A stretch of 32,000 nucleotides of DNA from NCBI RefSeq assembly GCF_000009705.1, contig NC_003272.1, positions 5,370,001-5,402,000 on the forward strand. The letters are read 5' to 3'. The translations under genes were made by a program, and so were the position numbers. The notes beneath the pieces were generated by a model that was not told the origin of the DNA, ran no database searches, and saw only the letters and a program-made list of their open reading frames with translations. Every line of letters begins with the position of its first letter. Position 1 is the first letter of the stretch. This DNA is from Nostoc sp. PCC 7120 = FACHB-418 (lineage in GTDB: Bacteria; Cyanobacteriota; Cyanobacteriia; Cyanobacteriales; Nostocaceae). Below are positions 17,283 to 26,672 of this stretch, piece by piece.

Positions 17283-17372
17283 ATACCAACTTGAAAAAAA
17301 ATACGACAGATACGTATGGACACACCTTTATTTCTGTTGAGCTTTGCTAATACGCGAATTTTTAATTGGTAT
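17283..17372. mobile_element. MITE-like small dispersed repeat, copy B
   Basis: The left end is ataccaacttgaaaaaaa. The right end is tttttaattggtat, whose reverse complement is ataccaattaaaaa. The core gacagatacgtatggacacacctttatttctgt is homologous to copy A. Confidence 0.5.
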
Positions 17373-17425
17373 TAACTCTATTATGATGAAATACAGTGTA
17401 TGAAAAAACACTGTAAAAATTTCTA

Positions 17426-17453
17426 AATTACGAATTACGAACTACGAATTATC
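17426..17453. repeat. STRR-like heptamer array (AATTACG x2, AACTACG, AATTATC); reverse-complement units (TGTAATT, CGTGTTT, CGTAATT) lie at 17214-17234
   Basis: Direct reading of both tracts. They flank MITE-like copy B in inverted orientation. Confidence 0.5.
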
Positions 17454-17455
17454 AC

Positions 17456-17716
17456 ATGGATGCGTTTGCTCCCACCCCGCCCGAATGGACACAAAAGGCA
17501 GTTCATGCTTACGAGTTTTGCTGTCCAACCTGCCACGCCAGTAGTTTAGAAGCTTCACAAGTTTGGATTAATCGGCGATCGCCCGTGCTAACAACAGACC
17601 ATCGGCGTAAATGGCAAGAGTTTTATCATTGCCAATGTGGTTGTGTTTGGTGGGCATGGAGTAGCGATCGCCCTCCATCCAATTTGTCTCAACCACAAGA
17701 TTCTGATTTGCAATAA
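17456..17716 (+). CDS. Small Cys-rich hypothetical protein (possible zinc-ribbon)
   Basis: 86-aa ORF with an ATG start. Cys clusters are CCPTCH and CQCGC. It is followed by a hairpin at 17719-17742. Confidence 0.5.
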   Translation: MDAFAPTPPEWTQKAVHAYEFCCPTCHASSLEASQVWINRRSPVLTTDHRRKWQEFYHCQCGCVWWAWSSDRPPSNLSQPQDSDLQ

Positions 17717-17718
17717 AA

Positions 17719-17742
17719 AAAGCCCTCTATCAAGAGGGCTTT
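17719..17742. terminator. Bidirectional intrinsic terminator between the convergent 86-aa ORF and the porin gene (stronger on the minus strand)
   Basis: The 10-bp stem aaagccctct / agagggcttt has a 4-nt loop. The A7 run upstream gives a U7 tail on the minus-strand transcript. Confidence 0.7.
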
Positions 17743-17771
17743 GGTTAACATTAAGTAGTTAAATACTTAAC

Positions 17772-19412
17772 TTAGAAAGTGAATGTAGTACGGAGTGTAC
17801 CTACATAAATAGTATCGTTGTTGTTGTTATTCTCTGGGTTGAAGATCACCAATAAACCAGGAGTAACGAGAATATTGTCAGATAATTTCAGCTTGTAAAG
17901 ACCTTCTAAATGATAAGAAGTACCGTTTTCTGAAGCAATATTGTTACCACCAGTGATTTTAGGTGGCTGACCAAAGATCAAACCCAATGTATTCCCTTCT
18001 CTACCAAAGTCTCTGATACCAAGGCTAGCAGCCCAATACCAAGCATCTGCGTCTCTGTTATCCTGTAGAGAATCAACAGTGGTGTAGCCTACCCAACCAC
18101 CAAGGGTCAGCGTAGAACTGGGTTGGAATGTGGCTTGAATACCGTAGTGGTTTGCTTCGGTTTTAGCATTTCCAAAGGGTCTGTTGGCAAAGGCACTGCC
18201 TGTATCCCCAAAGACCGCTCCATTTTGTTGATAAGTACGAGCGTAAGCAAAACCAAGGTTAAGAGCTTGGTTTGGTTTGAAAGCAATTTGACCAAAAATG
18301 GTGCTATCACCCTCGAATAATCCACCTTCTCTTCCAGCCGCTATCAGCCCAGGATTAGCCGCACTATTCCGGCCTGTTGCCATATAAGCTGCTGTAAATG
18401 TCAAAGGCCCACTGGGATTAACGTTGACTGTGATACCAGCACCATCATAGGCTTGGCGGTAGATAGGACTAAAGCGTCCGTAGCGGGAGAGAGCGCCAGA
18501 ACCACTACTTCTAAAGTCAGGGTTGAACACATTGGCGTTTTCGTTTAACTCAGCACCAGTAGCATCAATTTTGACACGGATAGCATCGCTGAAGTTGAAT
18601 GCGTAGTTGAGTTTATCGATGGAAACACTGTTATCAGTACCGCCGTCATAACCCAAGCGAGTCATGTTAGTACCCGTGGAAGCATTACCTATGTTATTGG
18701 CATTGTTAGAAATAATGTTTCCAGCATTTAACCGAGTTTGCAATTGATCTGTGCCGGTGAAGCTGCTGTTTAAGGTTAAACGTACCCGGTTAGCAAAAGT
18801 CAGGTTAGAATCTAAATCGCTTCGGGCCGCTTGAGAACCTGAAGGTAGCGCTCTTGTGTCACCAAAAGCCTGAGACACACTGAAGATTGCTTCTCCAGAA
18901 AGCTTGGTAGTAGTAGAGAATTGATTAGCTTCTAACTCAGCAGTACGAGCTTCTAAAGCATCAACCCGACCGCGTAAAGTTGCTAATTCAGCAGAGAATT
19001 CTTCTTGTAAACGCTGTAAAGTAGCTAAATCTTGCTTGGTAACTAAATCAGCTGTTGCTGTAGCAATCAGTTCGTTAACTCTGTCTAAACAAGCATTCAA
19101 GCCAGCCGCAAACTCATAGCGGGTCAAAGCACGATTACCACGGTATGTACCGTTGGGATAACCTGCGATACATCCATAGCGCTCAACGAGAGATTGTAGT
19201 GCTTGGAATGCCCAATCGGTAGGTTGCACATCTGAAAATTGTGATACAGATGTTACCTGGCCAATGTTTTGAGATTCAGAAGCTTGTGTTAATTGGGAAA
19301 CACTCATTACTGGCTCGCCAGCTTCAACTGCTAAGGCGCTATTAGTAGCGAAAAAGGTCGCAGCAAAAAGAACTGGGCTAAATTTTAAAGCGTTCCAGAA
19401 TAGTTTTGTCAT
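17772..19412 (-). CDS. Outer-membrane porin with an N-terminal SLH domain, a coiled-coil linker and an OprB-type beta-barrel
   Basis: The signal peptide is MTKLFWNALKFSPVLFAATFFATNSALA. The SLH motif is TDWAFQALQSLVERYGCIAGYPNGTYRGNRALTRYEFAAGLNACL. A coiled segment follows (LQRLQEEFSAELATLRGRVDALEARTAELE). The remainder is Gly/Asn/Thr-rich alternating sequence ending in TFTF. Confidence 0.85.
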   Translation of the reverse strand: MTKLFWNALKFSPVLFAATFFATNSALAVEAGEPVMSVSQLTQASESQNIGQVTSVSQFSDVQPTDWAFQALQSLVERYGCIAGYPNGTYRGNRALTRYEFAAGLNACLDRVNELIATATADLVTKQDLATLQRLQEEFSAELATLRGRVDALEARTAELEANQFSTTTKLSGEAIFSVSQAFGDTRALPSGSQAARSDLDSNLTFANRVRLTLNSSFTGTDQLQTRLNAGNIISNNANNIGNASTGTNMTRLGYDGGTDNSVSIDKLNYAFNFSDAIRVKIDATGAELNENANVFNPDFRSSGSGALSRYGRFSPIYRQAYDGAGITVNVNPSGPLTFTAAYMATGRNSAANPGLIAAGREGGLFEGDSTIFGQIAFKPNQALNLGFAYARTYQQNGAVFGDTGSAFANRPFGNAKTEANHYGIQATFQPSSTLTLGGWVGYTTVDSLQDNRDADAWYWAASLGIRDFGREGNTLGLIFGQPPKITGGNNIASENGTSYHLEGLYKLKLSDNILVTPGLLVIFNPENNNNNDTIYVGTLRTTFTF

Positions 19413-19541
19413 GGTTTATAAATCACTCACACCAACTAATTCACACTCATGGTGATATATTTAACCCTTTCATGTTTGCGGGTATATACACATGATATCT
19501 GTAATCACTATACATCTTTAGAAGTACCAAAGACAAGATAG

Positions 19542-20168
19542 TTACTTATTTTTTAAGTTCATATTCATAATTGTTTTATTTGGTAAACATAGAATAATAC
19601 GACGTTTATAACGTACTAGCAAGCCTTCATTTTCAAACTGCTGTAGTAACCTTGTTACAGTCACTCTTGTTGTATTCAAGACCTCTGCTATTTCTTGATG
19701 AGTAATATACATCTCAATGAGTTTGCCGTTTTCTAAGTTACGCCCAAACTTTTGACTTAGCCAAACAAGAAATTGCCATAAACGTAGGGAAAGAGGTTTA
19801 CGGTGGACTATGCTTAAAAGCTCCTCTGAACGTTGAATATGCGTCAGCAGATTATTAGTGTATTGATACCAAAGATGCTGGGGTATAATAATAGCCTCTA
19901 CGCTTGTCAGGCATTCAATTTGATATGGATTTACCTTGGATAAAGGATAACCAATCACATCTCCTACTCCCCAATACCCCAAAGTAATAAATGAGCCATC
20001 CTCACTCCAGGTGAGAGTCCGAACAGCCCCACTCTCAATGCGCCAAAGTATGTCTTTACAAGGTGGGATGACTTCTTTACGTGTAAATAGTCTTTGTGTT
20101 AAATGCTCATTTAGATTTGAGTCATTCAAGATAGCAGTAGAAGTTTGAGGCAAAATTATAGAAGACAT
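19542..20168 (-). CDS. Crp/Fnr family transcriptional regulator
   Basis: 208 aa. The N-terminal part is a cNMP-binding-like beta-roll (ILWRIESGAVRTLTWSEDGSFITLGYWGVGDVIG). The C-terminal HTH is THQEIAEVLNTTRVTVTRLLQQFENEGLL. Confidence 0.8.
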   Translation of the reverse strand: MSSIILPQTSTAILNDSNLNEHLTQRLFTRKEVIPPCKDILWRIESGAVRTLTWSEDGSFITLGYWGVGDVIGYPLSKVNPYQIECLTSVEAIIIPQHLWYQYTNNLLTHIQRSEELLSIVHRKPLSLRLWQFLVWLSQKFGRNLENGKLIEMYITHQEIAEVLNTTRVTVTRLLQQFENEGLLVRYKRRIILCLPNKTIMNMNLKNK

Positions 20169-20849
20169 TATATGAGCATTTTCTAGAGGAGAAAAAATGA
20201 ATCTTCAAATAAGTTGGGTTTTTGCAGTTACATGGACATCTGAATAAGTATTGTGATTGATAAATCTTTAATAAGCTTAGTGTTTTAAAATATAAACGCA
20301 AAATTTTAAGGTAATATTTAATTTTTTGATTATCTTATGGTAGCTATTTTCAAACATGAGTATAACTATTATATTTTTCTATAAAAAAGTAATTATTAAG
20401 GTATTTTTACTGAAAAATACTTTATCTTTAAGAGTCTATATTTATGGTTTGTAAGTAATTGTTAAATTGCTATTTTAGAGTTAAATCATAGGGTCTTTAT
20501 ATATTGATATTTATCAGATAGCTGTATTTTAAGCACCTAAAACCAGGACAAGTATAATCCTTGCTGATGAATAACATAAGATTACTCAATTTTGTTTTTT
20601 CTTCCTTTCGCGTTAAACACTCATGTGATAATTACGCAATAAGAGAATGAAAATTTCTTTTCTCTCTACCTAATAGTCTCTAATTCCTACGTTGAGGTGA
20701 GAGTCTGGTGATGATAAGCAACTAAAGCCTTATTCAAGACTTTTAGTTAAAAATAATACTCTCTACTATGTGTTTAGCTGTCGTTACAAGCTAATTTAGG
20801 TCTGCAAGTTTAAGAAAAGATAAACGATTGGTAAAATATCACCTTTAAT

Positions 20850-20881
20850 AAAAAAAATCCCACCCCTGGGAGGGATGGGAT
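20850..20881 (-). terminator. Intrinsic terminator of phoU
   Basis: On the minus strand, auCCCAUCCCU-ccc-AGGGGUGGGau forms an 11-bp stem. It includes one G-U pair that works only on this strand. A U7-8 tail follows. The hairpin lies 25 nt after the phoU stop. Confidence 0.75.
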
Positions 20882-20906
20882 GAGCTTAAAAATACTCCAG
20901 CTATAA

Positions 20907-21575
20907 TTAGGCGCGTTGACCAGTAACGATATATGCTACTCGTTGACCGATGTTAGTTGCATGATCAGCCATACGTTCTAAACAACGAATTGCCAGTGCT
21001 AGCAGTATAATTGGCTCAACAACGCCTTGCACATCTCGTTGCTGGGATAAAGTTTGATAGAGGTGATCATAGGCATTATCTACAGCATCATCTAAATGCT
21101 TGATACTACGTCCACCGGCTTCATCTAAATCTGCCAAAGCCACTAAGCTAGTGGCTAGCATAGCTTGGGCGTGATGCGCCATGACAGCAATTTCCGGTAG
21201 AGATGGGTGAGGCGGATAAGGAAAGATTTTGACTGCTATTTGAGCTAAATCTTTGGCATAATCACCAATACGCTCTAAATCTCTGACTAATTGCATAAAG
21301 GCACTCAAACAGCGCAAATCTTGGGCTGTAGGTGCTTGTAATGTCATTATGGATGTACAATCTGATTCTATTTGTCTATAAAAACGGTCTATTTTTTTAT
21401 CTAATCGGGGAAGTTCCTCAGCAGCTTTTAAGTCGCGGGAGAATAAGGCTTGGTGGCTAAGGCGGAATGATTGTTCTACCAAAGCTCCCATGCGTAATAC
21501 ATCCCGTTCTAAACGCCTAATGGCTCGTGCTAACTGGGGATTTTCAGGGTTGGGACTATAAACGACAGCTTTCAC
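20907..21575 (-). CDS. phoU: Phosphate signalling complex protein PhoU
   Basis: 222 aa with two PhoU repeats (ERIGDYAKDLA, ERMADHATNIG). The N-terminus RDVLRMGALVEQ aligns with the enterobacterial PhoU N-terminus. The start is a GTG at 21575. Confidence 0.9.
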   Translation of the reverse strand: MKAVVYSPNPENPQLARAIRRLERDVLRMGALVEQSFRLSHQALFSRDLKAAEELPRLDKKIDRFYRQIESDCTSIMTLQAPTAQDLRCLSAFMQLVRDLERIGDYAKDLAQIAVKIFPYPPHPSLPEIAVMAHHAQAMLATSLVALADLDEAGGRSIKHLDDAVDNAYDHLYQTLSQQRDVQGVVEPIILLALAIRCLERMADHATNIGQRVAYIVTGQRA

Positions 21576-21624
21576 ACTTGTAGTCTCAAACGTGAAGATA
21601 TCTTTAACTATAGTCTTGGCGTTG

Positions 21625-22929
21625 TCAGTTTGCCACTACTTCAGGTATATGAAGTTGTATCCATGCGCCACCAATTTCTGAATGGTTCATGGCTTTGATG
21701 GAACCTCCGTGAGCTAAGATAATTTGCCTGACAATAGCTAAACCTAAACCATTACCGACAATATTAGTATCCTGCAAAGCTGAGTGTGTCCGGGCTTTAT
21801 CTCCTCGATAAAATCGCTCAAAAACATGGGGTAAGTCTTCATCTGCAAAACCTTTACCAGCATCAATCAAATTTATTTCGAGGATGGGAGGAGCAGAATT
21901 AGCTTCATGATTCTTCTTAAAGGATAAGATTTCCGCTTGAATTTGAATACTGGTATTGGGTGAGCTGTACTTAATACTGTTATCTAACAAGTTGAGAAAC
22001 ACTTGATAAATCCGGGCTGAGTCGGCTTTAATCAATAGTTGTTCTGGGCCGGAGTAGGAGAGAGACAGATTTTGACGCTGTGCTAGAGGTTCTAGGGTTT
22101 CCCACACTGAAGTGATGAGCGATCGCAATTCTACCGTTTCCATCTGCAACTGCATGGTAGGATTTGCTTCCATTTGAGTCAGTTCTAGCCAGCTTTGGAC
22201 TAAGTTAACCAGTCTGTCCACTTCCTGCATCAAACGGTCAACCCAACGATTTAAGGGTGGTTCCAGACGATTTTGCAGGGTTTCTGCAACCAAGCGAATG
22301 GAAGTTAGGGGTGTGCGTAATTCATGGGCTAAATCAGAAAAAGACCTTTCCCTAACTTGATTCAAGTCTAAAAGGGGTTGGCGATTTTCCAGAAAAACTC
22401 CCACTTGTTCATTGGGTAGTGGTAAGCTAAACGCCCTTAACATCATGGATTTGATGGTGGGCATTTCTGCGGCGTTATCACAAGAGGGATGAAATACCCA
22501 CTCTTTAGTCTGGGGTTTTTGGCGATCGCGTGTTTGCTCAATTAAGCGGTCAAGTTCATAGGAACGCACCAATTCTAGCAACAAACGCACCTGTCCCGGT
22601 TGCCATCTTTGTAAATATAAGATTTCTCTGGCTTGCTGATTACACCACAGCAATTGATTTTCTTCATCGACCTGCAAATAGCCCACTGGTGCGAATTCCA
22701 GTAGGTCTTGGTAAGTTTGCAGCGACTGTTGCAAATCTAGTCGATGCTGTTTGAGAGCAGCAATTTCTCGTTGCAGACGAGGAAGCAACGGCAACGCCAC
22801 TTTCAGCTTAGAAGTATGGGAGTGGAGGGGTTGGGTAACTCGCGTCAGGTAGCGGTTTAGTTGAATCTGTTGCCAAATCCATAACCCAATACCTACCGCC
22901 AAACCCAGAAAAAATCCCAATAAGAGCAT
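21625..22929 (-). CDS. sphS: Phosphate-sensing histidine kinase (SphS/PhoR type)
   Basis: It has a single N-terminal hydrophobic segment and a PAS-like region. The H-box is LAHELRTPLTSI, followed by NLLDNSIKYS, DAGKGF and GNGLGLAIV. It is in an operon with an OmpR-type regulator and phoU. Confidence 0.82.
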   Translation of the reverse strand: MLLLGFFLGLAVGIGLWIWQQIQLNRYLTRVTQPLHSHTSKLKVALPLLPRLQREIAALKQHRLDLQQSLQTYQDLLEFAPVGYLQVDEENQLLWCNQQAREILYLQRWQPGQVRLLLELVRSYELDRLIEQTRDRQKPQTKEWVFHPSCDNAAEMPTIKSMMLRAFSLPLPNEQVGVFLENRQPLLDLNQVRERSFSDLAHELRTPLTSIRLVAETLQNRLEPPLNRWVDRLMQEVDRLVNLVQSWLELTQMEANPTMQLQMETVELRSLITSVWETLEPLAQRQNLSLSYSGPEQLLIKADSARIYQVFLNLLDNSIKYSSPNTSIQIQAEILSFKKNHEANSAPPILEINLIDAGKGFADEDLPHVFERFYRGDKARTHSALQDTNIVGNGLGLAIVRQIILAHGGSIKAMNHSEIGGAWIQLHIPEVVAN

Positions 22930-22987
22930 TTGAGTTTAAGTTGTTAGTTGCGGGTGATTAATAAAAACTAACAACTATCTCAATAGC

Positions 22988-23740
22988 TTATCCGAATCGA
23001 TATCCAAATCCTCTTACAGTCACAATATATTCTGGGTGACTGGGGTCTTGTTCCAATTTCTCTCGCAACCAACGAATGTGAACATCCACTGTTTTGCTAT
23101 CGCCGACAAAATCCGGCCCCCAAACCTGGTCTAGCAACTGTTCCCGTGACCATACTCGACGGGCGTAACTCATGAACAGTTCCAACAAGCGAAACTCTTT
23201 GGGTGAAAGATTTACCTCTTGTCCTCGTACCAAGACCCGACACTCTTGAGGATTTAAAGTCACATCTTTGAATTTCAGTACAGGTAATTGGGGTAAAGTG
23301 ATGAGACGCTGACGACGGAGTAAAGCGCGACAACGTGCCACCAACTCCCGCATACTAAAGGGTTTAGTTAAATAGTCATCTGCCCCTACTTCTAAACCTA
23401 ACACGCGATCGGTTTCACTACCTTTGGCACTGAGCATCAAAATCGGTACTGGGTTGCCTTGATGACGCAACAAACGGCAGATATCTAAGCCATTAATTTG
23501 GGGTAACATCAAATCGAGAATCACCAAATCAAAGGGAAAATCTCCTCCGTTTGGGTCAAAACTTTTGAGATACTCTACAGCTGACCTGCCATCAGCAGCC
23601 GTTACTACCCCATAACCTTCCTCTTCCAGTGCTACTGCTAGCATTTCTTGGATGAGTTCTTCATCTTCCACTACCAGAATCCGACTGGTTTGTCCAATCT
23701 CTGTTCTAGCCGAATACTTGATCGATTCACTGGTGTACAT
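22988..23740 (-). CDS. sphR: OmpR/PhoB-family response regulator (SphR/PhoB type)
   Basis: The receiver domain shows ILVVEDEE, LVILDLMLP and LSAKG. The winged-helix C-terminus shows VDVHIRWLREKL and TVRGFGYRF. I prefer the ATG at 23740; the track start at 23749 is a GTG. Confidence 0.85.
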   Translation of the reverse strand: MYTSESIKYSARTEIGQTSRILVVEDEELIQEMLAVALEEEGYGVVTAADGRSAVEYLKSFDPNGGDFPFDLVILDLMLPQINGLDICRLLRHQGNPVPILMLSAKGSETDRVLGLEVGADDYLTKPFSMRELVARCRALLRRQRLITLPQLPVLKFKDVTLNPQECRVLVRGQEVNLSPKEFRLLELFMSYARRVWSREQLLDQVWGPDFVGDSKTVDVHIRWLREKLEQDPSHPEYIVTVRGFGYRFG

Positions 23741-24282
23741 TGATATCACAAAAGTTCAGGCCCTGTGGTTGTATCAATATGGTGGTTAGAGTTGATTATC
23801 TGTTTTTCACTACATTCACACTTTGGCGATCGTGAATGATTCTGCAAGTAATATATGTAACATTGCCAAATATACCATAAATCGCTCTAGCTACACGCCC
23901 AGAGCAATTTCTGGGGTGCAATAGCTCTACACAAAATTTAAAATACACCACAGATAGCTCCGATAGATACAAAATTCCAAAATTCTACAGGATTTTGGAT
24001 TGAGCCTAAATCCAATATTGTCAAATAAAATCACAAATTGCTTGACAGGTATCGATTGGTTTGGATATATTTCTATTAGTACAAAAATACTAATAAATGC
24101 AAAACAATAATAAAACTCACCGCATAAAATAACATTTATGTCAAGTAATATTTGTTGCTTTATTACAGTATTTGCACTGCACCTTAAATGTATATTTAGG
24201 GGCTACCATCATGTGTGCATGGAGTAGTTACTGGTATTGCTGACTACTCGATTAATCATTATCTAATCAAGGGAGTTGAAAT

Positions 24283-25266
24283 ATGACGACAGTTGCACTC
24301 AAAGATAGTAAGCAGCAACTAATGCAAGCATTTCAACAAATTTTAGCAGAACAGAGAAAACTAGAATCCAAAATAGCCACTAAACAAGAAGAAGCAGATA
24401 AGGCAAAAAATCAAGAAATTTTGGCAATTGCTTCTCAATATACTGTTGATAGTATTGTCAAATCTTTAGCAGATTTACAATTAGAATTTGGTAGTACGGT
24501 TAATGAACTCTCTACAAAATTGGCTAAAGAAAACTCTAAATTAGATGAGTTAAACCAATCTATAGAAATTGAAACAAAGCATTTACAAGAGTTGCAAAGA
24601 ATTAGAATTGTTGCAGATACTTTAGATATTTTGACCCAAGAACACCAGGAAAAATTAAAAACTCTAGAGCAAGATACGGCTAGTAAAAGAGAAGCTTTAG
24701 AAAAAGAAATATCAGCTAGACGTAAAGAGTGGCAAAAAGAGCAAGTAGAATATGCAGAATCTCTACAAGCTTACAATGATATTTTAGCGAAAGAACGCCA
24801 ACAGGAAGAAGAAGAATATCGATATAAATTAGAAACAACTCGTAAACTAAACACAGATATATACGAATCTAAGAAACGCAATTCAGAAAGAGACATTCAA
24901 GAAAAAACTCAACAAAAAGAAAAAGATTGGTTAGAAAGAGAGAAACTTAATACTGAACGTCAAACCATCTTTGCAGAATATCAACAAAAAGTAGCTGCAT
25001 TCCCAGCAGAATTAGAAGAAGCAGTGAAAAAATCTAGAGAGGAAGCAATTAAAGATACCAGTCAGAAGGCTAAGATTGAAGCAGATTTATTTGAAAAGGA
25101 GTGGGAAGCCAGTAAGCAAAGTTACGAATTGAAAATTAAATCACTGGAAGAAACAATTCAAAAACAAACTGAACAAATAGAAAGTATTTCTGCTCAATTG
25201 CAAACAACACTAAAACAATCACAAGATTTAGCAATGAGAGCTTTTGATAGTTCTACGGCTAAATAA
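24283..25266 (+). CDS. Coiled-coil-rich protein (E/K/Q-rich, no TM segment or signal peptide), paralogue of the next gene
   Basis: 327-aa ORF with a good SD (GGGAG, 8 nt upstream of the ATG). Heptad-rich charged sequence runs throughout. It shares colinear motifs with the downstream ORF (LQLEFGSTVNELS / QLGFGSAVNELS; EYRYKLE / EYKYDLE; the C-terminal QLxxxLKQxQDLAxxA). Confidence 0.8.
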   Translation: MTTVALKDSKQQLMQAFQQILAEQRKLESKIATKQEEADKAKNQEILAIASQYTVDSIVKSLADLQLEFGSTVNELSTKLAKENSKLDELNQSIEIETKHLQELQRIRIVADTLDILTQEHQEKLKTLEQDTASKREALEKEISARRKEWQKEQVEYAESLQAYNDILAKERQQEEEEYRYKLETTRKLNTDIYESKKRNSERDIQEKTQQKEKDWLEREKLNTERQTIFAEYQQKVAAFPAELEEAVKKSREEAIKDTSQKAKIEADLFEKEWEASKQSYELKIKSLEETIQKQTEQIESISAQLQTTLKQSQDLAMRAFDSSTAK

Positions 25267-25305
25267 ATATTAATTTTGGGAAATTTGCAATAAATAGAGG
25301 TTTTT

Positions 25306-26385
25306 ATGGCAGTCAAAAAGTTAACAGACAAAAACACCAAAGCAGAAATTTTACAGGCTTATGAAGATTTGACTAAAGAAACCGTATCTCTTAAGTCTCA
25401 ACTTAGTCAAGCATCTAAAGAAACACCAACTATCAAGAAAGAACAACCAAAACCAGAACAAGCTCACATAATAAATCAGCCTTATACCATCCAACAAAAA
25501 ATGAATTATACAATTGAGAGTTTAGCAAAAATTCAGTTGGGATTTGGTAGTGCAGTAAATGAATTATCGGAAAAGCTAACTACACAAGCTTCAAGATTAT
25601 CTGGAATTAGCGAAGGGGTGGCAACAGAAGTTGAGCAATTAAAAAACTTACATGGCTTAGAAGTTTCTGAAAATACATTAGATACACTTATTACTACTTA
25701 TGAAGAAAACGCAAAAGCCTATCAAGATGAGTTTAATCAGCGCTATGAAATACTGTCACAAGAAATTCTTGAACAAAGAATAAATTGGCACAAAGAACAA
25801 GAAGAATACCAAAGCAATATCAAAGAACGGAATGACAATCAAAATAAATCTCGACAACGAGATAATGCCGAGTACAAATATGATTTAGAACTTGCTCGTC
25901 AATTGGCAACAGATGGCTATGAACAACAGCAAAAAGCTTTGTATAAACAATTAGAAGAATTACAACAAGATGCAGAAAAACAGTGGAATGATCGGGAAAA
26001 AGTAATTGCTGAAAGAGAAAAGCAATTTGAAGATTTTAAAACGAAAGTAGAAGTATTTCCTAAAGAGAAAGAAGCTGCTATTAAGAAAGCTACAGAAGAA
26101 GGGAAAGGGATTGCTTACTACCAAGCTAAAGTTAAATCTGATTTATATGCTAAAGAAGTAGAAGGACAGAAACGCTTCTATGAACAGAGACTCCAGTCTT
26201 TGGAACAAACCATTAACAATCAAGAGACGCGACTACAAAACTTATCTAAACAGCTTGATTCTGCACTCAAGCAAGTTCAAGATTTAGCGGTAAAAGCTAT
26301 TGAAGGTACTGCTAATGTCAATTCTTATCAAGCAATCAAGGAAATAGCTTTAGAACAGGCAAAAAGTCAAGTGAAAAATAAATAA
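25306..26385 (+). CDS. Coiled-coil-rich protein, paralogue of the previous gene
   Basis: 359-aa ORF with SD GAGG upstream. It starts 39 nt after the previous stop, so it is probably co-transcribed. A terminator follows at 26408-26437. Confidence 0.8.
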   Translation: MAVKKLTDKNTKAEILQAYEDLTKETVSLKSQLSQASKETPTIKKEQPKPEQAHIINQPYTIQQKMNYTIESLAKIQLGFGSAVNELSEKLTTQASRLSGISEGVATEVEQLKNLHGLEVSENTLDTLITTYEENAKAYQDEFNQRYEILSQEILEQRINWHKEQEEYQSNIKERNDNQNKSRQRDNAEYKYDLELARQLATDGYEQQQKALYKQLEELQQDAEKQWNDREKVIAEREKQFEDFKTKVEVFPKEKEAAIKKATEEGKGIAYYQAKVKSDLYAKEVEGQKRFYEQRLQSLEQTINNQETRLQNLSKQLDSALKQVQDLAVKAIEGTANVNSYQAIKEIALEQAKSQVKNK

Positions 26386-26407
26386 AATACAAATAATAAA
26401 AATAAAT

Positions 26408-26437
26408 AAAAAGACGTAACGAAAATTACGTCTTTTT
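26408..26437. terminator. Bidirectional intrinsic terminator after the coiled-coil gene pair
   Basis: The stem aaaaagacgtaa / ttacgtcttttt has 12 bp and a 6-nt loop, with A and T runs on either side. Confidence 0.7.
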
Positions 26438-26672
26438 AAGATGTAAACACATTTAATTAAAAATATTATTGGTCTGTTTTATCTGGTTTTCCATTATTTA
26501 GTGGTTTTTTTCTATTCTTGTTGCTTGCCTTTAAATTTTTATTGGATGGTTGATTGGGATTAGGTTGTTGGCTAGCCATAGAATGCAATCTGCTAATGAG
26601 TAATAATTGTATCTTCATTTAGCATATTACTATTTCCAGAAATCAGTCAATAAATTTACATAGTAAAATAAA

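Noticed and set aside
23741-24282. Searched the sphR upstream / divergent intergenic region for cyanobacterial Pho boxes (tandem 8-bp CTTAACCT-like repeats at 11-bp phase).
   Set aside because: Only weak matches were found (for example CTTAAATG at about 24184, followed by poor repeats), and they are oriented toward the coiled-coil gene. A 7-bp dyad ttggatt-N7-aatccaa (23995-24015) is present but too short to call. Neither is reportable without a matrix scan.
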